From Phycisphaerae bacterium (GTDB lineage: Bacteria; Planctomycetota; Phycisphaerae; UBA1845; Fen-1342): a stretch of DNA of 64,000 nucleotides. The notes beneath the pieces were generated by a model that had not been told where the DNA came from, made no database searches, and saw only the letters and a program-made list of their open reading frames with translations. Within the stretch, counting starts at the first letter, position 1, and each line of letters starts with the position of its first letter. The stretch covers positions 288,001 through 352,000 of the forward strand of contig CAXXWX010000019.1 of the NCBI GenBank assembly GCA_963675745.2, read 5' to 3'. The translations under genes were made by a program, and so were the position numbers. This document shows positions 37,480 to 45,270 of this stretch, in pieces.

Positions 37480-40104
37480 CTACGGAGCCGACGGATCAGA
37501 CGTCGCCGGGGCGATCTCTGACTTGCCGCGGTACTCTTCCGCCTGTTCAGGTTTTCCCCAGGCCTCGTAGAGTTCGATCAGCGCTTCGCGAGCGTTGTTA
37601 GTCCGCTCGTGCTGGTCGCCCAGCGTGACACGCAACGCCTCATAGGCTGCGGTCAGATGGGTCTCCGCTTCCTCGAACCGCTCCAACGCCGTCAGGCACT
37701 TGCCCAAGCCGGTTTGCACGATGAGTGTGCCGAAGTGCTCTGCGCCCAGCACTTCCGCATGGGTGGCAAGCGATTCGGCGAATATGGGCGCCGCTTCGGC
37801 CGGCCTGCCCAGCTCCAGCAGTATTGAGGCCAGATTGCATTGCATGGCCAGTCGAAACGGGTGCCGCTCGTCGAGCACGCCATCAACGCTGGCCAACGCC
37901 TCTTTGATCAGCGCCTGCGCTGCGACCAGGTCACCTTGGCCCTGCAACAAGCTGGCCAGGTTGTTGATGGACGCCAATGTGTTGGGATGGGTCGGGCCGA
38001 GCACCCGGCGCTGGTGTTCGATGGTCTCGCGCAGGATGTGTTCCGCGTCGGCGGTTCTTCCGAGCTTTCCGAGCGCGGTGGCGAGAATCGTGTTGGCATA
38101 GAGCGTCACCGGATGGTCCGCACCGCCGTCCCCGGCGCAGTTCGTCACGATCTCGCGCATCAGCGGCTCTGCCTCATCGGGCCGCCCGAGGGCAAGCAGC
38201 AGAGTGCCCAGGTTGCAACCCGCCGCCAGCGTGTCGCTATGAGCCGGTCCCAGCCGGGCGCGCATGCGCTCATACGCCTCGCGCTGCAATGGCTCGGCTT
38301 CGGCCAGGCGCCCGAGATCCTTTAGCAGCGTGGCATAGTTGTTCGTCGCTATGATCGTCTCAATATGGTTGTCACCCAGTTGCCGGCGGTGCAGGGCCAG
38401 CACCTCTTGCATTAGCGGCTCCGCCTCGGCGAGATGTCCCTGATCGAGAAGCAATGCCGCCAGGCTGTTCATCGAGATGAGTGTATCGATGTGCGTATTG
38501 CCGACGCTCGCGCGCCGAAGTTCGAGCGCGCGCTCCAGGTGCGTCCGCGCCTCAGCGTAGAGGCCCAGCTTCTGATAGGTCGTGCCAATGACCATTCGTA
38601 CGGCCGCCTCGACTTCGGGCTGGTCACGCAGCTCGACTGCAACGCGACTCGCGGCGGCGTCGAGCATCTCCCGCAACGTCACGTCTCGGCCGCGCGTGTT
38701 GGCGGGGTCAACCGACGAGAGCATCGCCTCAATGAAGGCACTGACCTCCTTGGTCTGTTCGTGTGCGCTCTCCGCGGCATCGCGCTGCCGGGCGGCCACG
38801 CGCGCTTGCCAGCCCGCCACGGCAACGCCGCCAACAAGCGAGAGCAGAACGACCGCCGTGGCCAGCACGCCGAGACTGTGCCGGCGGATGAATTTCGAAG
38901 CTCGATAGCCCATCGTGTCGGCGCGCGCTATGACTGGCAGGCCCACCTGGTGTCGCCGGATGTCCTCGGCAAACTGCTGGGCCGACTCATAGCGGCGCTG
39001 CGGCTCCTTGCGCAGAGCCATCAGCACGATGTTGTCGAGATCGCCACTGAGTCGGCGGCGAAGGCGCTGCGGCTCGCCGTCGCGCATGCTGCTGACGATC
39101 TCCGGCGTGAGCCTGACGACGCTTGACCCGTCCGACGACCTCACCTCAACGACGCGCCGGATGGCCGTACTGGGCTTCTGAAGTTCCGCCTCGCAGATGA
39201 CGCGCTCGATATCCTGCGGCCGGTTGCTATCGAACCGATATGGACGGTGTCCGGTCAGCAATTCGTAGAGGATGATGCCGAGCGAGTAGATGTCGGTGGC
39301 GGTCGAGATTGCCTGCCCGCTCACCTGCTCGGGGCTGGCGTGCTCCGGCGTCATCACCTGCATCCCCGTCACCGTCATCGCGCCCGCTCCGGCGGCCGGC
39401 GCGTCGTCAAGCAGCTTGGCGATGCCGAAGTCAAGCAGCTTGGGCACGCCATCGGCGGCAACGAGTATGTTCGCGGGCTTCAGATCGCGATGAACGATGA
39501 GGTTCTGGTGAATATACTGCACCCCCGCGCAAACCTGCCGGAACAGCAACAGCCGCTGCGAGGTTGGCAGCTTCTGATTGTCGGCGTACTCCGTAATCGG
39601 GACGCCCTCGACGTACTCCATCACGAGATACGGCTGTCCGTCATCGGTGACGCCACCGTCGAGCAGCCGGGCGATGTTGGGGTGGTCGAGGTTCGCCAGC
39701 AATTGCCGTTCACGCAGAAAGCGGCGCAGGGCATCATCGCTTTCGAACCCGCGCTTGATCAGCTTGACGGCGACGGTCTTCTCATACTGGCCATCCGCAC
39801 GAGAGGCGGCAAACACGCTTCCCATGCCCCCCGCACCAATCACGCGTTCCAGTCGATATGCACCCACCAGCGAGCCGACCCGCCGTTCGTCCGCCCGGCC
39901 GTCCGGAATGGCAAACTCATCGCGTGCCGTAGGTGTCCGAAGGAAGTTGCCGCCCCCGTCCGCCGCCAGCATCCCCTCGACCTCGGCGCGCAGCGCCTGA
40001 TCGTCGCCACAAGCGGTTTGGAGGAACGCCGCGCGATCGTCCGGGTCGCGCTCCAGCGCGTCGTGAAAGAGCTCTTTGGCGCGCTGCCACCTATTATCCG
40101 TCAT
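37480..40104 (-). CDS. Membrane Ser/Thr protein kinase with extracytoplasmic TPR repeats
   Basis: IGAGGMGSV, VAVKLI, HRDLKPANIL, DFGIAK, SPEQ; TM helix; multiple LG..H..TL...NNLA TPR repeats. Confidence 0.95.
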   Translation of the reverse strand: MTDNRWQRAKELFHDALERDPDDRAAFLQTACGDDQALRAEVEGMLAADGGGNFLRTPTARDEFAIPDGRADERRVGSLVGAYRLERVIGAGGMGSVFAASRADGQYEKTVAVKLIKRGFESDDALRRFLRERQLLANLDHPNIARLLDGGVTDDGQPYLVMEYVEGVPITEYADNQKLPTSQRLLLFRQVCAGVQYIHQNLIVHRDLKPANILVAADGVPKLLDFGIAKLLDDAPAAGAGAMTVTGMQVMTPEHASPEQVSGQAISTATDIYSLGIILYELLTGHRPYRFDSNRPQDIERVICEAELQKPSTAIRRVVEVRSSDGSSVVRLTPEIVSSMRDGEPQRLRRRLSGDLDNIVLMALRKEPQRRYESAQQFAEDIRRHQVGLPVIARADTMGYRASKFIRRHSLGVLATAVVLLSLVGGVAVAGWQARVAARQRDAAESAHEQTKEVSAFIEAMLSSVDPANTRGRDVTLREMLDAAASRVAVELRDQPEVEAAVRMVIGTTYQKLGLYAEARTHLERALELRRASVGNTHIDTLISMNSLAALLLDQGHLAEAEPLMQEVLALHRRQLGDNHIETIIATNNYATLLKDLGRLAEAEPLQREAYERMRARLGPAHSDTLAAGCNLGTLLLALGRPDEAEPLMREIVTNCAGDGGADHPVTLYANTILATALGKLGRTADAEHILRETIEHQRRVLGPTHPNTLASINNLASLLQGQGDLVAAQALIKEALASVDGVLDERHPFRLAMQCNLASILLELGRPAEAAPIFAESLATHAEVLGAEHFGTLIVQTGLGKCLTALERFEEAETHLTAAYEALRVTLGDQHERTNNAREALIELYEAWGKPEQAEEYRGKSEIAPATSDPSAP

Positions 40105-40675
40105 TGGTGGGCTCCGGCTGGAGTCGCTGTCGCAACCAGGCTTTCGCCGCCCGCCACTCGCGTTCGATCATCCGGAGCGAAAGCCCGAGCAGGTCCGCCA
40201 CCTCCTCGTTCGTGAGTCCGCCGAAAAAGCGCAACTCGACGATGCGGACCGGTTGCTGGTCTTCCTGCGCCAGTTGCCCGAGCGCTTCATCCAAGGCCAG
40301 CAGATCGATGGCCCTCGATTCGAACAGGGCGACGGCGTCATCGAGCGGGATGCGCCGTTGCCCACCGCCGCGCTTGGCGGCTTTGCGGCCGCGGGCGTGG
40401 TCGACCAGGATCGACCGCATGGCGCGTGCCGCCAACCCGACAAAGTGGCTGCGATCGGCGGCGACCGCCTGGCTCTGGTTGATCAGTCGCAAATAGGCTT
40501 CGTGAACGAGCGCCGTCGGCTGAAGCGTGTGTCCGGGCCGCTGGCGGCGCAAGTAGCGGCTGGCGAGCTCACGCAATTCCTGGTAGACGATCGGCAAGAG
40601 CTTGTCCGCCGCGCGTTGGTCTCCGTCGCGGAGACCCTTGAGAACGTTCGTGGCATCATCCGACGAACCCGACAC
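40094..40675 (-). CDS. ECF sigma factor, kinase-associated (TIGR02999/ECF43-like)
   Basis: VYQELRELA, HTLQPTALVHEAYLRL, ARAMRSILVDHAR...KRGG, VELRFFGGLT..EVA; overlaps the kinase start. Confidence 0.93.
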   Translation of the reverse strand: MSGSSDDATNVLKGLRDGDQRAADKLLPIVYQELRELASRYLRRQRPGHTLQPTALVHEAYLRLINQSQAVAADRSHFVGLAARAMRSILVDHARGRKAAKRGGGQRRIPLDDAVALFESRAIDLLALDEALGQLAQEDQQPVRIVELRFFGGLTNEEVADLLGLSLRMIEREWRAAKAWLRQRLQPEPTNDG

Positions 40676-40887
40676 GGTGCTGTCTGCCCGAGCAAGAGTG
40701 ATCGATTGGGCGGTTTTCCGCCGACCTCTCGCCATTGTACGGGCATTGTTCGACGCTTCACAAGGAGGCCGGGTGTGCGCGCGTTGGCATGATGTCTCAG
40801 CGACGGCTTGCCGGGTTCTGTCGGCCTCCTCGACGTGATGGCGGCTACGGCACCTTCGCCCCCGACACCGCGACCGCCGCCGCTAGC

Positions 40888-41397
40888 TCAGGCCCCGATC
40901 ATTACGGTGAAGCAACCCAGGGCGACGGCGCCCGGCGGGCCTTTGCACTCGGTGATGTCGCTTACCCGCGCGGCGGGCTTGTTGCCGATGTACACCGTTG
41001 TGCTGCCCGGCGGCAGGATCGTCCCACCAACGTGCGGCTTGAGCACGTCGACCATCGGGCAGACGTGCGGGTCGCCCACGCAGGCGGCGGGCAGGAGGCC
41101 GATGAAGACACGCGCCGCGACGCCCGTCACGATCGGGCCGATCACGCCGCCATGAGCCGTCAGATCACCCAGTCGGGCGGCGGGCATGCCGGCTCCAGGC
41201 GTCGGCGGCCCGGGGATTTCAGGCGGCTCGGGCGCCGGGCCGTGCGCTTCCTCAAAAGCCGCCTGGTATGCGGCCTTGTCAGCCTCGGTGGTCGGCGTGC
41301 CGTCGGGATGTTGCTCCGGCGGTTCGAAGTCCTCGTAATAGCCCGCGACGGCGTGCGCCTGGCCGGCCGCGGCGTTGCACTGGTCTTCAAGGCTCAT
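40888..41397 (-). CDS. PAAR-domain protein with ~70 aa acidic/Pro-rich N-terminal extension
   Basis: PAARLGD..AHGG, PAACVGDPHVCP...PH.GG, PAARVSD..EC. Confidence 0.92.
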   Translation of the reverse strand: MSLEDQCNAAAGQAHAVAGYYEDFEPPEQHPDGTPTTEADKAAYQAAFEEAHGPAPEPPEIPGPPTPGAGMPAARLGDLTAHGGVIGPIVTGVAARVFIGLLPAACVGDPHVCPMVDVLKPHVGGTILPPGSTTVYIGNKPAARVSDITECKGPPGAVALGCFTVMIGA

Positions 41398-41445
41398 GGC
41401 TTTGCATCTCGCCGTTAACGCGGCGCAGCATGCGCCGCGACTTAA

Positions 41446-43593
41446 TTACGCCGAGCGCTTCCTGGCTCGGACCTTGTCCATGGCACTGGGTTTGGCATAC
41501 TCACGCCCCAGGCCCCACTCGGCGTCGTTGAAGTACTTCTGCGCCACTTGCCCCACCGTCATGCCACTCCACGCACTGTTGATCGACTGCCGATTCCTGG
41601 TCTCGCCATCTGCGTGACTCTGGACGAAACTTGTGGCATATGGAGTGTTCCTGGCAACCGAGTCATTGAACTGTTGATACCACCGATAGATGCGTTTGTC
41701 CCGTTTCAGGAGTGACTTCAGCGTATGCTCAAACTTCTGAAGATGCGGGCTCTTGTAGTCGCGGCAGGCCTTGGCCACATCGGTGAGAATGTCGATGGCC
41801 CCGCCGACGGCCGCCAGCGCCAAGCCGAACGGTGCCAGCGGCGGCAACAACGCCACCGTGAGCCCACCCATTACAAACCCCTTGCCGCAGTACGAACCCA
41901 CGGCGTAGTGGAAGTCCGTGCCATTGGCCTTGCCGGCGGTGGAATACAGCGCGTGAATCGCCAGCCCGAAATCGACGCCCGCCGTTAGCAGCCCGCCACC
42001 CTTCTTGATCACCTTGGCGCCCGGCATGTACGTTTGGATACCCTTGAACTGCGTCAGCTCGAGTCCCACCTCGGCGATGGTCTTCGCATTCTCGATCTTC
42101 TGGACCATGGTCTGCCGCTTGTTGGTGTCCAACATGATGCTCGCGAGCTTGAGCCCGGAGACGGCAGCGTTGAAGGCCTTCATGCTGATGTGGTCGTCTG
42201 CTTGATTGAAGAAGTCCGTGGCATCGACTCTTTGATCGACCAACCTGAGCGAGAACAACTGCTTCTGGAGACGTGCGGCCGCCTGCGGTTTGGCCTCCTG
42301 CACGGATTCCAGGAATGCGGTTGCGGCTACAAGATCGGTGCGTAACTGCGAGAGCTCCCGGCCCAGCTTCAACGTGCCGAACGAACTGGCGATGTCGATC
42401 CATCCGCTCCGCAGCTTCCGCAGCCAACCCGCGTTGGTTTTGGACCATTCAACACCCTTGCGAACGGCCTCATCAAAGAGTTGCTGATTGCTCTTGACTG
42501 CCGTTTGCGTCGAGCTGAGGAACTTGCCGACGTGCAGGCGATAGATGGTGTCAGCCTCGTCGGTTCGCGCCAACAGCGCGTAGGCCTGCCGATAGACCCT
42601 TCGGTATTTATATGGGATGTAGTCCTTGCCGCGCCGGCTGGCCTTGAGATAGCGCTGCTCGTAGCTCTTGTCGAAGAACTTCTCGAATTGCTCGTGATGA
42701 TCGCGGCAGCAAAGAACCTCACGCAGTCGCCGGGCGACCCAACTGATGCGGCGACCGTAATAGCGCTTGGCGAAATATGCGTACCGCTGCTTGATCTTCT
42801 TGCCCAGGGGCTCCATGAGCTCCTTGCGCAGCAGCAGCGTCTCGTGGTAACACCCAACGGCCTTCGCCGTGTTTCCGGAGTAGACATTTCGCAGCCACCG
42901 GTCGTAGCGATAGCTGCCCCAGCCGGCGTTCAGGTTGGCGGCCTGATCGACCAGCGCCGCGCAGGCCGTCAGATTGCCCAATCGCCTTGCGGCGTTCTTG
43001 AGCAGCCGTTCGAGCACACGCACGAGGCGCTTCGTGTGCAGGTAGTACAGCGGATACGAGCACGGCACGTGCAACGGCACCCAGGGCTTTCTTTTCTTCA
43101 GGAACGCCCCGATCTCGGTGTGCTTGCAGCCGCACAGCAGCTTTTGCCGGCGCAGCTTTTTGAGCGAAAGCTGCCGACTCATGTAGCGGAGGTTCGGCGT
43201 CCACAGGAACAAACCGAAGTCCTTGCGCGGGTGGACCTTGATCAGCTCGCGCCGGTAGGCCCACTTGGCCATCGAGTTTTTGACGACCTGCCACCAGGGC
43301 TTGAAGTTGCGAACCTCGAGCAGCAGCTCCCCGGACGCACCGCCGGACCGCCCGATCACGACCTGGTTGTGCACCGTACCGTTGGCGTCTTTCCAGGTGA
43401 CCGGGTGCAGGAATCCGTCGCAGTCGGTGTATGCGAGCCCCATGCGAATGCGGTCGGCGGGGGTGCCAAGGAAGTACTTGGGGTCGCGATTCAGCGAGTA
43501 CCAGACAACGTACTGGTTCACGGCCAGATGCGGCCGCCGGCAACCACAGCGTTTCTTGTGATAGAGTCGGATGGGAGGCAATGCTGCGCCCAT
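41446..43593 (-). CDS. Putative VgrG/PAAR-delivered effector; very basic, with C-terminal Gly-rich hydrophobic helices
   Basis: 715 aa ORF tightly coupled within the vgrG-PAAR run; K/R/Y-rich; hydrophobic stretch GGLTVALLPPLAPFGLALAAVGGAIDIL near the C-terminus. Confidence 0.65.
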   Translation of the reverse strand: MGAALPPIRLYHKKRCGCRRPHLAVNQYVVWYSLNRDPKYFLGTPADRIRMGLAYTDCDGFLHPVTWKDANGTVHNQVVIGRSGGASGELLLEVRNFKPWWQVVKNSMAKWAYRRELIKVHPRKDFGLFLWTPNLRYMSRQLSLKKLRRQKLLCGCKHTEIGAFLKKRKPWVPLHVPCSYPLYYLHTKRLVRVLERLLKNAARRLGNLTACAALVDQAANLNAGWGSYRYDRWLRNVYSGNTAKAVGCYHETLLLRKELMEPLGKKIKQRYAYFAKRYYGRRISWVARRLREVLCCRDHHEQFEKFFDKSYEQRYLKASRRGKDYIPYKYRRVYRQAYALLARTDEADTIYRLHVGKFLSSTQTAVKSNQQLFDEAVRKGVEWSKTNAGWLRKLRSGWIDIASSFGTLKLGRELSQLRTDLVAATAFLESVQEAKPQAAARLQKQLFSLRLVDQRVDATDFFNQADDHISMKAFNAAVSGLKLASIMLDTNKRQTMVQKIENAKTIAEVGLELTQFKGIQTYMPGAKVIKKGGGLLTAGVDFGLAIHALYSTAGKANGTDFHYAVGSYCGKGFVMGGLTVALLPPLAPFGLALAAVGGAIDILTDVAKACRDYKSPHLQKFEHTLKSLLKRDKRIYRWYQQFNDSVARNTPYATSFVQSHADGETRNRQSINSAWSGMTVGQVAQKYFNDAEWGLGREYAKPSAMDKVRARKRSA

Positions 43594-43594
43594 A

Positions 43595-44419
43595 TTATGC
43601 GTCCTCTTCCTGTCGGGTCATCGGTCGGCTGTCGCCGGCGGAGGTCGCCGTGGTCGTTCCGCCTTTCTGGCAGAGATTGCCACTGGCCACGCGCGTGTCC
43701 TCGGTCAATTCGAGTTCCTGCTCGGCGTCCTCATCCTCATCCGAGTCGACCTCGTCGTCGTCGCGCTCGTCCCCTTCATCATCCGCGCGGGATTCCTCTT
43801 CGAGCATCTTCGCGGCGGAGGGCAACCGGTCCTCCTCCTCAATCTCGCCGACTTCCTCGTCGTCATCCGCGTCGTCCGGTTCATCGTCCACTGCGGCCTG
43901 CTCATCGTCCTCGCTGGACTCGATGGCGTATTCCTCGTCATCGAAAGCGAAATCGGCAAAATCCGGGTCAACGGCTGCCGCTTCCTCCTCGTCACTCAGC
44001 GCCTCACCCATCAGGTCCGGCTTGTTGAAGTGGCTGTCGTCCAGCGGGAGATACTCGAACAGCAGCATCGTCGCCGTGGCGCGCGTCTCGGTCTCTTTCA
44101 AATCGAGCGTGCACTGGTAGCACTTGCGCGGCTTCAGCTTCGTGAACGTCACACGCACCCAGCAATCCTCGATGATCTCGCCGTCCTCGCCGAGAACCAG
44201 CGTTTGCCGATACGCACCGTCGTGGCTTTCGAGTGTGATCTGGTCGTCTTCGTATTGCTCGTCGATCGCGTGCAGCGGCAGGTAGATCGTGTAGGTGCGC
44301 TTGACGTCCAGGACGTTGTCGGCCGCGCCGCGCCGCACGCGTGACGATTGTTCGAGCGTGTGCTCTTCTTGTTGCATGGTCATGTCCCGTGTTGCCGGAA
44401 GATCATCGCGCCGCCGCAT
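43595..44419 (-). CDS. Very acidic hypothetical protein (beta-rich domain plus D/E tail)
   Basis: TGATG-coupled to the upstream gene (alternative start 44383); ~110 aa D/E-rich C-terminal tract. Confidence 0.75.
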   Translation of the reverse strand: MRRRDDLPATRDMTMQQEEHTLEQSSRVRRGAADNVLDVKRTYTIYLPLHAIDEQYEDDQITLESHDGAYRQTLVLGEDGEIIEDCWVRVTFTKLKPRKCYQCTLDLKETETRATATMLLFEYLPLDDSHFNKPDLMGEALSDEEEAAAVDPDFADFAFDDEEYAIESSEDDEQAAVDDEPDDADDDEEVGEIEEEDRLPSAAKMLEEESRADDEGDERDDDEVDSDEDEDAEQELELTEDTRVASGNLCQKGGTTTATSAGDSRPMTRQEEDA

Positions 44420-45270
44420 CAGCAGCCATACGCCGCGCGAAGCGCGTCCCGTGTCAATTCGTCAATCTTCCCTGTCGGACGCAGCTCGTGGCGTTGTTGA
44501 AACAGCCGCAGCGCCACGGCGGATTGGTCGTTCCACTCGCCGGTCACCTCGACGTCGTAGCCGAGGTTATGCAGCCGCGCCTGCACGCCGCCGTATTCGG
44601 TGAGTGGGTCGAGCGCCCCCAGGGCCAGGTCAAACGTCTCTCCGCCGTTCGTCAGCGTGAGCACGCCGCACCGTGCATCGGGTGCGATGCGGGTGGTGAT
44701 CCGTCCGTCGGCGTCGGTCGTGCCGGCTTGTTTGACTCCGTCGATCTCGAGCGTGTACGGCTCATCCGCGCGGGGCTCGCCTTCGAGGCGCAAGACTAGT
44801 CGAAGCTGTTCCAACCCTCGACGCTGGAAACGATGCCGCTGTTCGGTGGCCCCGGGCTCCTCCTTGCGCCGCAGCTCAGGAACGTGCACGCGGTCGCCGG
44901 CGCGCAGAAGATTCGGGTCGTGCCGCGCAGTGCGCAGCGCCCTGTTCTGTGCATCATCCCAGATGGTCTCCCACAAGTGCCCGCGTTCCCAGGCGATGCT
45001 CGCCACACAGTCGCCCGCTTTGACCACGTATTCGCCGTCGCCAACAGGCCCGGTCTCTGGGAGATTGTCGGGCGCGGCTTGCGGCGTCTGCGGCGTGCCA
45101 TTTGCGGCCGCGCTCTCTTCGTCAACCGCCGTCTCAGCGCCAGGGTCGCGCACGACCTGAGGTTGTTGTCGGCGTCCGTTTCGACGTTCCACTTCGGCGC
45201 GAAGTTCGGCCGCGCGCTTCTGCCGCGCGCCCAGACTGGGTTCGCTCGTTGTTTCGGTTTGGTCGGACAT
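44419..45270 (-). CDS. LysM plus transthyretin-like domain plus PG_binding_1 protein
   Basis: YVVKAGDCVASIA...PNLLRAGDRVHVP (LysM); PY.LEIDG...GTTDADG; VQARLHNLGY...ALRLFQ..HEL.PTG; TGATG overlap with vgrG. Confidence 0.85.
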   Translation of the reverse strand: MSDQTETTSEPSLGARQKRAAELRAEVERRNGRRQQPQVVRDPGAETAVDEESAAANGTPQTPQAAPDNLPETGPVGDGEYVVKAGDCVASIAWERGHLWETIWDDAQNRALRTARHDPNLLRAGDRVHVPELRRKEEPGATEQRHRFQRRGLEQLRLVLRLEGEPRADEPYTLEIDGVKQAGTTDADGRITTRIAPDARCGVLTLTNGGETFDLALGALDPLTEYGGVQARLHNLGYDVEVTGEWNDQSAVALRLFQQRHELRPTGKIDELTRDALRAAYGC

